A DNA stretch of 63,845 bases, filler included, from Pirum gemmata (Eukaryota): the NCBI GenBank assembly GCA_002812295.1. It is 26 parts of 26 records of this genome, joined end to end, with 100 filler letters (N's around TTAATTAATTAA, not from the genome) between each part and the next. Parts side by side here need not be neighbours in the genome. Positions count along the whole stretch, not along the records: positions 11,828 to 14,899 come from PDIN01007153.1; positions 15,000 to 17,305 come from PDIN01007154.1; positions 17,406 to 19,675 come from PDIN01007155.1; positions 19,776 to 22,088 come from PDIN01007156.1; positions 22,189 to 24,501 come from PDIN01007157.1; 21 more parts are not named here. The stretch is one strand, 5' to 3'. Position 1 is the stretch's first letter. Each line of letters begins with the position of its first letter. The translations under genes and the position numbers were made by a program. Under the pieces are notes generated by a model. It made no database searches, was not told where the DNA came from, and saw only the letters and a program-made list of their open reading frames with translations. Shown in pieces: positions 12,010 through 23,164 of the stretch.

Positions 12010-12178
12010 GAAATTGCTGTTCCACTTGAAAGTAATTGGGTAATGAATTGCAGTTATAGTGATACAGGGAACTTTGTGGCGTCTGGAGGGTTAGATAATA
12101 AATGTACGATACATAATATTTCAGATAAGAAAAATGTCAAAACGATAGAATTGGGAAGCCATACTGGATTTTTATCAG
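12010..12178 (+). CDS. GNB: Internal exon of a heterotrimeric G-protein beta subunit
   Basis: AG..GT-bounded exon: EIAVPLESNWVMNCSYSDTGNFVASGGLDNKCTIHNISDKKNVKTIELGSHTGFLS; compare G-beta IPLRSSWVMTCAY..GGLDN.CSIY..GHTGYLS. No intact next exon in the rest of the contig. Confidence 0.88.
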
Positions 12179-12226
12179 GTTTGTGTTGAGGTCGAGGTTG
12201 AGGTTAGGGTTAGGGTTAGGGTTAGG

Positions 12227-12500
12227 GAAAAATGTCATAACGATAGAATTTGGGAAGGTAACTGGATTTTTATCAGGTTGGTTGTTTAAAGAATAGATTG
12301 GAGTTATGGTTGGCGACGAAAGTTGTTTGTTTTGGGATATAGAAAAACAAGCAATAATTAATTGATTGGATTAATTTATAAATTATTAATTGTCAATTAT
12401 TATTATTAATTATTAATTATTATTAATTATTAATTATTAATAATTAATTAATTATTGGTAAAGAGTTCGTGCGACGGAAGTTGTTTGTTATGGAATTTTT
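12227..12500 (+). pseudogene. Decayed G-beta exon fragments
   Basis: 12227-12279 re-copies the exon 3' end and donor with a frameshift; 12312-12359 encodes GDESCLFWDIEKQAII and ~12460-12495 encodes SSCDGSCLLW (compare G-beta SSGDTTCALWDIE). Confidence 0.7.
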
Positions 12501-12561
12501 ATTAATTATTATTATTTTTATTATTATTAATTATTATTATTATTAATTATTATTATTATTC

Positions 12562-12592
<31 letters not shown>

Positions 12593-12603
12593 ATTCTTAT
12601 TAN

Positions 12604-12724
12604 CATAAAGGACGTCACCTAATCTTACCTATGCCTCTTTGTCCAAAACACTTTTGGTCAAAATTTTAAAGTTCATTTTAATAATTAATTACTGCCTAAA
12701 ATAGTTTAAGTCACGTCCTTTATG
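12604..12724. mobile_element. 121-bp MITE family I (TIR CATAAAGGACGT)
   Basis: Terminal inverted repeat matching at 14 of 15 positions; internal sequence recurs at ~43316-43407. Confidence 0.7.
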
Positions 12725-13851
12725 ACTTTTATTATTTTATTTATTTATATATATCATGATACTGGTTTACGTCTCCTGTTTATATATCAACTGTTTTGTC
12801 ATCATAAAATATACAATAAATAGTACCAAATTACTACAATATAAATCCATTTAATTTAATTTGGTATATTTTATTATCTATGCATTGATTTAAAAATATC
12901 AATTTAAAGATTATAACCCTCCAAATAAATATTCAGAATGACAAAATAAATGAAAAGCACGATATTATAATAATATCACGATATTTTTTATCATACAAAG
13001 TCAATTACGTAATAATTAGGATTTGCTTATTTATCATATAAAAAAAATTCCAATTACGTCATAAAAATTACGATTACGTTTATTTTTATTTGTTATTTGT
13101 TATTTGTTATTTTTTCACTTTTGTCTTATATTTTATTTTATAAATTATTTTTTTTAAGGTTTTAACTCTTCAGAGATTCTAGCTAGTGTCTAGTTTGGAT
13201 TCAGAGTAGTAGTTTGGATTTAGAATTTTAGAGGGGTCTAGCTAGTTTGGATTTAGACGAGTCTAGTTTGGTAGTTTGGTTTAGAGGGATCTGGCTACTG
13301 ACTATAAAATGATTATTATTATTGTGTGAATCAGTATTATAATACGTATACAATCGATATCTACATTAAATTTTTTTATTTTGTCAATCTATCTTACACC
13401 ATCTTGCCATCTTTTTTTTGTGTTTTTTTTTTTTAATTTTTTTAATTTATGATATAAATTAAAAAAATAAGAGTTTTAAAATTTTTAACCACTCAGTTGT
13501 GTATTTGCAATTTTGCAAGGTATTTGGCATAGACCCTCTAATGATTAATTTATTATTATTGTCCACATTTTTGAATTTTTATTTTAGACTAGTATAATCC
13601 ATGCGACGTGTAACCTACAGCCCTCAAGTCTCATTGCCATCTTTGGCTACTCCAGTTGTGTATTTGGCATCTTCAAATTCATTAACTGAAAGTCAGTTAA
13701 ATAAATTGTATCAAATGAAAAATAATTTGGTAGATTTTCGTTGTATTTTACGTACGACTGTAAAATGATTATTATTATTACTGATTATTCAAATCTTCCA
13801 TCTTTTCCAGATTCCCGAGTGATGTTTTCGGTCACTCCAAATGTTGGCATA

Positions 13852-14030
13852 TTTTTTTTTTGATTCACAGGTAGGGAAATTATTGGAAACCCCCGACTGG
13901 TTGTTATTGGGACAACGATATTTGGACTTTATGCTGTATTTATAGACAGTCTTCATCTTGGTCAGGGGGATTCGAACCCAACACCTCCAGATCCAGGTTG
14001 TTAACCAAATAACGACTGCGCCACTTCGCA
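13852..14030 (-). mobile_element. tRNA-derived SINE-like element or tRNA pseudogene
   Basis: Minus strand carries A-box TGGCGCAGTCG and B-box GGTTCGAATCC at tRNA spacing, but acceptor and anticodon stems do not pair; a ~100-bp body and an A10 run follow. Confidence 0.5.
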
Positions 14031-15412
14031 GATATCCTTAAGGTTAGCGTTAGGGTTAGGGACATGGTTAGGAGTTCGCGTTCGCGTTAGCGTTATATAG
14101 GGTCTGGGTTAGGGGTTAGCGTCAGCGTTGGCGTTAGTTCGGGTCTGGGTTACGGATATGGTTAGGGGGCTGTTAGGGGTTAGGGCCAGGGTTGGCGTTA
14201 GGGGTTAGCGTTAGGGTTAGGTTAGCAAGTTAGGGTTGAGGTTAGGTATGTTTAAAAGTGACGTCATTAATGATGAGAACTATGAAAAATCAAGTAATCA
14301 TAAATTATGACGTAATGGTTTTGGAGGAAAAACAGGTTAGGGTGATGGGAGTGTGTTGAGGTTGAAAAGTTAACAAATTGGCTAGTATGATCGATTAGGG
14401 TTAGGGTTTTAGGGTTAGAGTTAATTTATAAGGTTATTTGTTTTTTGTTATTTTTTATTTAATTATTTGTTATTTAAATTTTTGTTATTTGTTATTTGTT
14501 ATTTGTTATTTGTTATTTTGTTATTTTGTTATTTGTTATTTGTTATTAAATTTTGTTATTTGTTATTAAATTTTGTTATTTGTTATTTAATTTTGTTATT
14601 TGTTATTTGTTATTTGTTATTTGTTATAATTATTTGTTATAATTATTTGTTATTTGTTATTTGTTATTTGTTATTTGTTATTAATATTTGTTATTTGTTA
14701 TTTGTTATTTGTTATTAAAATTTTGTTATTTGTTATTTTGCTATTAATATTAATATTAATATTAATATTAATTTTTGTTATTGTAATTTTTTATTTATTA
14801 TTTGCTATTTGCTATATATATATATATGATATATGTTACTATTATTTGTCATTTGTTATTAATATATTGTTATTGTTATTGTTATTGTTATTGTTATTGN
14901 NNNNNNNNNNNNNNNNNNNNNNNNNNNNNNNNNNNNNNNNNNNTTAATTAATTAANNNNNNNNNNNNNNNNNNNNNNNNNNNNNNNNNNNNNNNNNNNNA
15001 ACCTTAGACTTAAACCTAACCCAAACCCTAACCTTAACCCTAACCCTTGCCTCTAACCCTTACCCTTGGCCCCAACCCCAACCCCAACCCCAACCTTTAT
15101 TTACACAGTATCCCTGACACCACAACTTGAAATGATATTATAATCTACAAATTAAAACTTCATCTTCTGTATTGAAATTTTTCTTACATTTTACTTTCGA
15201 AAATTTTAGAACGAAATTGGGTTAAGGTACCATGTATTACTAACCCTAACCCTTGCCTCTAACCTTTACCCTTGGCCCCAACCCCAACCCCAACTTCAAC
15301 CTTTATTTACCCAGCACCCCTCACGCCACAGCTTGAAATGATTTTAATGTATAAATTAAAACTTCACTTCTTTATTGAAATTTTTCTTACATTTTACTTA
15401 TGAAAATTTTAG

Positions 15413-16376
15413 AACGAAATTGGGTTAAGGTGCCATGTATTGCATATTCAGCCCACGTGGCAACTACATTAGTTCCAGTGTTAGCTTTTTTGTATACAGC
15501 TGAAAATGTCACGGAAACTAATCGAATGATATTGGTATTGTATTGTTGTTGTCATTTTTATTATTGTTGTCATTTTTATTATTGTTGTCATTTTTATTAT
15601 TGTTGTCATTTTTATTATTGTTGTCATTTTTATCATTGTTGTCATTTTTATTATTGTTGTCATTTTTATTATTTTCTAGTATATTATTAAACCCACGCAA
15701 TTTAATTAAATTGAAATAATGCACTTGGTATGATGTTGGTATTTTATAACATTGGCATATTATTTTTGTTATAAATATTATTTTTCAACTAGTATATACC
15801 GTGCTTTTCATTTATTTTGTCCTTCTAAATATTTATTGGGAGGGTTATAATACTCTTTACATTGACATTTTTAAATCAATACATAGATAATAAAATATAC
15901 CAAATTATAAATTAAATGGATGTATATTGTATTAATTCGGTACTATTTTTTGTATAATTTATGATGACAAAACAACATATACTAGTATATTGTGATGTTG
16001 GTAGTTTATAATATTCTCGTATTATTTTCGTTATAAATATTATTTTTCAAATCGACAATTATTTCTCGAGTTTCACTACAATATTCGAATTTTTTGCTTT
16101 TAAAATATACAACAGCAGTTACAACAAGGTCAAAAAATATGCAATTTTCAGGGAAGTATAACTTTTATCTAATGGTGTTGTTGTCTTTTTTTTTTTTTGT
16201 ATTAAATGTGTAATGAATATTCAAATAATTGTTTATTTATGTTTATATTATTTATTTATTTATTTATTTAGGCTAGTTTTTATGTGCCGTATTTGATTAT
16301 TCCAGTTTTGCTCTTGTTGCGTATGTCGCTCGTGGATCAACCATATCCGTCTTATGCCAAAGAAAAACAACAATAA
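15413..16376 (+). CDS. TMEM97: Last two exons (15413-15534, 16272-16376) of a TMEM97/sigma-2-receptor-like EXPERA protein
   Basis: Spliced in phase: RNWVKVPCIAYSAHVATTLVPVL...RMIL|ASFYVPYLIIPVLLLLRMSLVDQPYPSYAKEKQQ*. Compare TMEM97 W..PAIIYSVHTMTTLIPIL..VYAPYLLIP; C-terminal KxKxx ER-retrieval motif. Confidence 0.85.
15547..15672. repeat. 18-bp minisatellite (TGTTGTCATTTTTATTAT) x7 in the TMEM97 intron
   Basis: Seen directly; explains the CCHFYY tail of ORF 15400-15690. Confidence 0.9.
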
Positions 16377-16384
16377 GTTATAGC

Positions 16385-16491
<107 letters not shown>

Positions 16492-16493
16492 NC

Positions 16494-16562
<69 letters not shown>

Positions 16563-16981
16563 AACAACACTACCAAATAAATATTAAGAGTGACAAAAAT
16601 AAAAGAACAAAATATACAATAAAAGAGTGCCAAGTTAATACTATATAAATCCTTTTCATTTAATTTGGTATAGTTTATTATCTATTTATTCGCTTAAAAA
16701 GTGTCAATTTAAAGGTTATAACATACCAAATAAATATTCAGAGCGACAAAAATAAATGAAAAGCACAATAGAAGCACGAAATATACAATAAAGAGTACCA
16801 AATTAATATTATATAAATACATTTAATTTACTTTTGTTATATTTTTTTATCTATCTATTTATTCTTTTAAAAAATGTCAATTTAAAGGTTATAACCTACC
16901 TACCGAATAAATATTCAGATCAATAAATAATTTTAATCAATAAAGGCACAGCAGTTAGAGAAAGTAGCGCATTACAACGAA

Positions 16982-17163
16982 TTATTGCATTTTAACAAAC
17001 TGTATATTTTTTGATAATTTTTCCTCTTCATCAGGAATGTGTTGGATTCCTAGAGCAGTTTGCTCACAAATTACTTTGATGATTTTTAGTAACTCATCAA
17101 TATCTGCATACTTACACAAAGGAAGTGTAATTAATTGTACAGGAGTTAAACATCCATGTTTAT
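16982..17163 (-). CDS. Probable terminal exon, unknown protein
   Basis: CAG acceptor at 17165-17164; DKHGCLTPVQLITLPLCKYADIDELLKIIKVICEQTALGIQHIPDEEEKLSKNIQFVKMQ*; convergent with TMEM97. Confidence 0.55.
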
Positions 17164-17182
17164 CTGCATTATATATATCATT

Positions 17183-17230
<48 letters not shown>

Positions 17231-17494
17231 TAATAACAATAATAATAAAAATAAAAATAAAAATAATAAAAATAATAAAAATAAAAATAATAAAAATAAT
17301 AAAAANNNNNNNNNNNNNNNNNNNNNNNNNNNNNNNNNNNNNNNNNNNNTTAATTAATTAANNNNNNNNNNNNNNNNNNNNNNNNNNNNNNNNNNNNNNN
17401 NNNNNAATAATAATAATAATAATAATATAACAATATTTTAAAATCAGATAATTTATAATAATTTATTCTCGTATCACAATACAAAAGATAAAAA

Positions 17495-17629
17495 ATGTGT
17501 TTTCAAACTAAATGTGGAACTTGCTCTAAGGCTACATGGAAGGGATGTGGTCAGCATAAAGAAAGTGCTTTGAAGGGGGTACCAGAGGACCAACGTTGTA
17601 CTAACTGGTCTACGTCTGGTAAATGTTAG
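17495..17629 (+). CDS. 44-aa Cys-rich microprotein (MC..CxxCxKxTWxGCGxH..VP..QRC type)
   Basis: AAAAATG start; MCFQTKCGTCSKATWKGCGQHKESALKGVPEDQRCTNWSTSGKC*. Resembles a small uncharacterised family I recall from fungi, plants and bacteria; below the ORF-track cut-off. Confidence 0.8.
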   Translation: MCFQTKCGTCSKATWKGCGQHKESALKGVPEDQRCTNWSTSGKC

Positions 17630-17646
17630 GGGACATCCTGCATCTT

Positions 17647-17802
17647 GATGTTGCGGGAAAAAACATCGAATTGAAACTAGTTTGAAAATTTTCGATCTAT
17701 TTTTAAGTAATTTGATACCATAAAAAAAATTGAAACTCGAAAAAAAAAAAGAATATCATTTCAAAATTGAGCTGTTTGATTCGATTATGTTTTCCAGTAT
17801 CT
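17647..17802. mobile_element. Degenerate, internally deleted copy of MITE family B
   Basis: Shares GCGGGAAAAAA(C)CATCGAAT.. and GAGCTGTTTGATTC..TATGTTTTCC with 35131-35360. Confidence 0.65.
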
Positions 17803-17959
17803 TCCCGTCCCCTCCCTCAATTATTTTAAAATACATAGGTCTATATCGAGCTAGTAATATCGAGTTCAGATTTTTTTATTATTATTTCAGTGAACACCTA
17901 CTAGCTGGTTTTTAATTATTAAAAAGGGATTTCGTCACCCATTATTTATTTGGTATGAT

Positions 17960-18146
17960 ATCGTGTTTTTCAAAAGTTTTGTCCAGTTCAAAAACTGAAA
18001 TAAACGTGCCAAATTATTATTATCAGACATGTTTTAATTAATTTGGTATTTTATACTTAATGTTGTATTTTATAAACAAGTTCAATTATGCAATTAAATA
18101 GTACCAAATTAAAGATTGAGAGGACAACTACAATGAAATAAACGAT
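17960..18146. mobile_element. MITE-like family G (ATCGT..ACGAT termini)
   Basis: Imperfect ~25-bp TIR. Pieces recur at ~7070-7130, 7655-7790, 47105-47300, 48897-49075, 49320-49425, 49448-49547 and 58720-58790. Confidence 0.7.
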
Positions 18147-18666
18147 ACCTTCAAATTCTTTTTAAAAAACTGATGTAGAAATCTTTTTTTTTTTTGGACT
18201 TTTTTCTAAAAGCCTTTAATGATAACTAGCCAAATTATTTTTAAAAACTGACTGACCAGTGGCTCATAATAAGAGTTTTGTTAGTTAGACGATTTCTCAA
18301 AATTTGGTAGAGTACTTTAATTAAAATTGGAGCATTTTAAGATTTTTCGGATTTTTGATATGGTGGATAATATCACAATTTTTATCCGGCTTGGCTGTTT
18401 AAAAAAAAAAATTAAAAAGTAAATAATAACTAAAAAAATAAAATTTATTATATCAAATACTTAAAATATAAATTAATAGATACTATATACCATTTGCTAT
18501 ATATATGCAAAAAATCGTGTTTTCAAAGTAAATAAAATTAAAACTTAGTTTTAAGGCCATAACAAAGAGGGGATATGGTAGTACTTGGATTGGTTTAAAA
18601 AATTAATTTATTTTAATATAATAATTTATTCTCATAATATCATATCATACATGCATACGATAAAAA

Positions 18667-18791
18667 ATGGGGGTTCAAACTAAATGTGGAACTTGCTCTA
18701 AGGCTACATAGAAGGAATGTAGTCAGCATAAAGAAAGTGCTTTGAAGGGGATACCAGAGGAACAACGGTGTACTAACCAGTCTACCTCTGG
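18667..18791 (+). pseudogene. Pseudogene copy of the Cys-rich microprotein
   Basis: Colinear with 17495-17629 but Trp TGG is TAG and Cys2 is lost; further decayed pieces at ~18515-18580, 18958-19016 and 19031-19157. Confidence 0.85.
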
Positions 18792-19453
18792 AGCGTTCAC
18801 AACTTACCACATCCTGGTTTTCAGGGATTTCGTCACCTAATTTGGTACATTCGAATTCTTTAACTGATAGTCTTTTTTGAATTAAAAAGTAAATAACTAA
18901 AAAAATATAATTTATCAAATATACAATATAAATTAACAAATACTATATAATATAAAAATCGTGTTTTCAAAGTAAATTTAAAACTTACTTTTTAAGGCCA
19001 TAACAGAGGATGTGGATTTTTAAAAAAAAAACGTGTTTTCAAAGTAATCTTTTTTTAAAAACTTGTTTAGAAACGGGTGCGTGTAAGAAAGTGAGTGCTT
19101 TGAAGGTGATACCAGAGAACCAACGTTGTACTAACTGGTCTACGCCTGGTAAATGTCAGGGGGGGCATTCATGCTCAAGGGAAGAGGTATTATTACAACC
19201 ACGAACAATTTGATCAGTAGAATATTCTGGTAGATCAGTGCTACTAATGTATTATTGTCGAGCCTTCATGTTGTGAACCGATAAAGGCTTATTTGTGACA
19301 AACAAACAAAAAAAAAGTCACAAACATATATTTGAGTTTAGGAGTTCACTCATAAAAACTAATAAAAAACTTATTGGATGCTTTTTTTTTTGGCTTTTTG
19401 GCTTTTTGGCTTTTTGGCTTTTTGGCTTTTTGGCTTTTTGGCTTTTTGGCTCG

Positions 19454-19639
19454 TTAATAATTGGTGAAAATTTCAAAAGCAAAAAAACCATACTCTTCTA
19501 TATGTTCTGGAAATGAATAAATTTCCCCAAAATCTTGTTTCCAATCAGGCAAGGGAAAAGCCAAACGAAAGGATCCCGCATTCATAAATTCATCGGCCAT
19601 TTGTAGCACCAAATGTTTAACTTCTGGTATTACACAAGA
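19454..19639 (-). CDS. 3' exon, possibly a tubulin-tyrosine-ligase-like (TTLL) C-terminal region
   Basis: CAG acceptor at 19641-19640; SCVIPEVKHLVLQMADEFMNAGSFRLAFPLPDWKQDFGEIY... resembles the TTLL DExxxxGxFxRIFP motif. The 3' boundary is uncertain because of a possible internal donor GA|GTATGG. Confidence 0.45.
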   Translation of the reverse strand, partial: SCVIPEVKHLVLQMADEFMNAGSFRLAFPLPDWKQDFGEIYSFPEHIEEYGFFAFEIFTNY

Positions 19640-20492
19640 CTGAATAACAATAATGATAATAATAATAATAATAATNNNNNNNNNNNNNNNNNNNNNNNNN
19701 NNNNNNNNNNNNNNNNNNNTTAATTAATTAANNNNNNNNNNNNNNNNNNNNNNNNNNNNNNNNNNNNNNNNNNNNTTATTATTATTATTATTATTGTTCA
19801 TAGTCCTAGTCCTATTATTTTCATTTTTCCTTAAAGAAAAATTTAGTTTATTTTCTTACCAAATCTTGTCATATCATAATTAGTAGTCCTTCATCTTTTT
19901 TTTCTATTATTTTTATTTTTGTTTAAAAGTTTATTATTCGTATTTAGTCAAATTATTTTTCCATAGTTATTATTTTTCTTGCCAAAGGTTATTATTTCTT
20001 ATTTCTTATTTCTTATTTCTTATTTCTTATTTCTTATTTCTTATTTCTTATTTCTTTTTTTTAACTTATTACTTATTATTTACTATTTATTGTTTATTTA
20101 TTATATACTATTTATTATCAGTGACAAATAATAATTAGTGTTATTTTTGTTATCATTAGTATTTATTGGTAATATCATTAGAATTTAGTGTTGTCGTATT
20201 ATTATCAGTGTAATTACAACTTACTGGTCAGGTGTGTAAGTTTTTTAAATTTGTTTCCTGTGTCATTTAATAGTAAAATTGAAAAAAATCTGGTTTTAAT
20301 TGTCTAACAACCACAACCGCAGCAATCACAACCACAGCAACCACATCCACAATACCACCCAGAATCAGAACCACAGCCACAGCCACAGCCACAACCAAGA
20401 CACCAGCAACAACCACAGTAACAGCCACAGCACCAACAATATATATATATTAAAAAAGTTAAAATCAATCAAAAATATAAACAGAAACAGTC

Positions 20493-21665
20493 ATGTCGCT
20501 CAATTTTTGGGATCAAATAGATTTTAGTGAAATTCTAGAAGCGTCAGACTGTTCGATACCAAGTGCAGAAGTCCCTTCTACACCACAGTCAACGTCACCA
20601 TCATCACCGTTATCAGATATTGAAAATTTTGGTTTCGATAACCACGACAATATTAAACAAGAGCAATTTGAAAAAATGGATTTTGACAATTCACTCGATT
20701 TTTCGCTCAACGCACCACCAGCACTTAGGATGGATAATACGATCAACTGTTTTACAACACAGTCGTCATCCCTGAACCACACGGGGTTGTTGAATTGGGA
20801 AAATACTAGTTCATTAGGTTTTGATTTGTGTCATTTTGATTTTATGAAAATGTCACCTAGTAATGAAGTTGAAGAACGTGTTGATTTTAACCAAATGTCT
20901 TCATTACCTATATTACCATCAACAACAGCAGCGACAACGGAAACAGCAAGATCAACAGCAGCAGCAATAACAACGGCAACAACAAGATCAACAACAACAA
21001 AAGCAACAAAACCAACAACAACAACAGCAACAACAATAACAGCCACCGCCACCGCCACCGCCACCGCCACAGCATCCACCGCCACAGCATCCACCGCCAC
21101 AGCATCCACCGCCACAGCATCCACCGCCACAGCAGCAACAACTGCAGCAGCAACAACTGCGACTGCAGCCGCAATAGCACCAACACTAATGTCAACACCA
21201 ACACCAGCACCAACACCAACACCAACACCTACAAAACAAGAAAATGAATCGATAGCAACAACAGCCAACAATACCACCGTGTTCACCCCAAACTCCATGT
21301 CGTATTATACTGAAAAGGTATTGCTTGAAACCCCTCTTAAAAAATTCAACATTATGGTTGAAAATTTTTCTGCAATTGAGAGAAAAGAATTAAAAAGAAT
21401 GAGAAGGTTAGCACAAGGCAGACGTAATGGTGGTGCGTTTCGAGAGAAAAACAAAATCCTTAAACAACAAGAAGAACAACTGGTGGATGTAATGAGGTTG
21501 CAAGTGGAAAAATCGAAGGCTGAAATTGTTGCCTTGCAAAAAGAAAAAAAGAAATTGTTATTATTTGAAAAAAAATATAACCTTTTAGTTCAAAAACATG
21601 AACTGATGAAAGCGGAGAATAAGCGATTAAAAATACAAATTCAAAAAACCATTAAAAAAAATTAA
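20493..21665 (+). CDS. bZIP transcription factor, Maf-like, with acidic N-terminus and T/A-rich linker
   Basis: 390-aa intronless ORF. YTEKVLLETPLKKFNIMVENFSAIERKELKRMRRLAQGRRNGGAFREK aligns without gaps to the Maf extended-homology and basic regions and is followed by a long heptad coiled coil. Confidence 0.8.
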   Translation: MSLNFWDQIDFSEILEASDCSIPSAEVPSTPQSTSPSSPLSDIENFGFDNHDNIKQEQFEKMDFDNSLDFSLNAPPALRMDNTINCFTTQSSSLNHTGLLNWENTSSLGFDLCHFDFMKMSPSNEVEERVDFNQMSSLPILPSTTAATTETARSTAAAITTATTRSTTTKATKPTTTTATTITATATATATATASTATASTATASTATASTATAATTAAATTATAAAIAPTLMSTPTPAPTPTPTPTKQENESIATTANNTTVFTPNSMSYYTEKVLLETPLKKFNIMVENFSAIERKELKRMRRLAQGRRNGGAFREKNKILKQQEEQLVDVMRLQVEKSKAEIVALQKEKKKLLLFEKKYNLLVQKHELMKAENKRLKIQIQKTIKKN

Positions 21666-23164
21666 GACGTCTAGGTCTAAAAAAAAGGGCTGTATTCGGC
21701 TCAAAGAATATTTCCGTCTCGGAACCTGCGAAATAATGCGGAAAATGCTATTTTTATTTTTATTTTAATTGTTGTACAATAGTTAGATTCGTTTTACGCA
21801 TTTTTACGTATTTTTACGCATTTTGCGCATTTTTACGTATTTTGCATCTGCGAATGCAGAAAATGCTGGTTTTTTATTTATTTTATGTAATGTGGTTAAG
21901 TATATTTTTCGCCTTTTAATAATTACGTCACCCGGTCAAGGAGTGTTGATAATAATAATAATAGTAATTGTGAAATAAGTGTTAATTGTGTATACAGCTT
22001 ATAGAAGTATTAAGAATATTGGGATTAGACCCTATTCAAATTTTATAATAACACAAAAAAAAAAACAAAAAAAACAAAAAAAAAAAAANNNNNNNNNNNN
22101 NNNNNNNNNNNNNNNNNNNNNNNNNNNNNNNNTTAATTAATTAANNNNNNNNNNNNNNNNNNNNNNNNNNNNNNNNNNNNNNNNNNNNGGGTGCGGGTGC
22201 GGGTGGGTGGGTGCGTGTGTGGGTGTGCGTGCGTGCGTGCGTGCGTGTGATCGTGATGTGGGATTTTTGGCATTTTTCTATTATCCCAGATTCGGTGAAA
22301 TACTTCCGAAATTGAAATCCTAGATATACCAGTTTTGGTATTTGGATTTGAAAACCTGTTTTTCTGCACCATTATGAAAAAATGAACTAAATAGTTCTAG
22401 TGAGGATGAATACATATATATAGTACTATATTAAATCTAGGAATATATATTTACACTGACTCCGTTCAACTTTAATTGAAAAAATTAAATGCCCAATGTA
22501 ATGATTAATTATAATATTGTGGTTATATTGTACTTATTGTGCTTCTCCTAATTTGGGTATTGTGTTTCGAGTCTTTTCGAGTTTTTTCAAGTTTTTTCGA
22601 GTTTTTTCAAGTTCGATTTTTTTACGATATCACTAACCACAGTTAAGGGTAAAAAATGTAGCAAAATGTAATGTTGATAATGAATGTTGTTCTAACAAAT
22701 ATGTTAAGGGCGCATTAATAAATCACGTCACTTATTTTTTGGTTCTCTCCCTTACTCTTACAAATGGCTCTAATAAACCGCAGAGTGATTTCCTTTATAT
22801 CAAAGTTCTGCAACCAGTAATATAAATAATATCACGATAATAATCCATAAAAACTTGATTTTTTTTAAAAAAAAAAAAAACCCCCACTACCCACTGTAAA
22901 ACAATCAATAATTTATAATATATAATATTAGAATAATAATTCAATAATAATAAATAAATAAAAAAAATTACCAATTTTTATTAAAATATTAATCACAACC
23001 CACAATTCTACTTAATTTCTAAGCCGCAGCTCATTAAATGTGGTTTTGTGAAAATCTTAAACTATTACCAATCTTGTGCGACTCTCGTTCGTAAAATAAT
23101 AATCCAAAAAATGAAAAACATACAAAATCAATTTTTATTAAAATCACACCCCACAATCATACAA

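Noticed and set aside
16982..17163. Ribosomal protein L11 or ankyrin similarity
   Set aside because: Only a few scattered residues match; not supportable without a search.
20300..21298. Upstream and antisense ORFs around the bZIP, and likewise antisense ORFs of the 9603, 49649 and 52069 genes
   Set aside because: Shadows of low-complexity codon runs, several with non-ATG starts.
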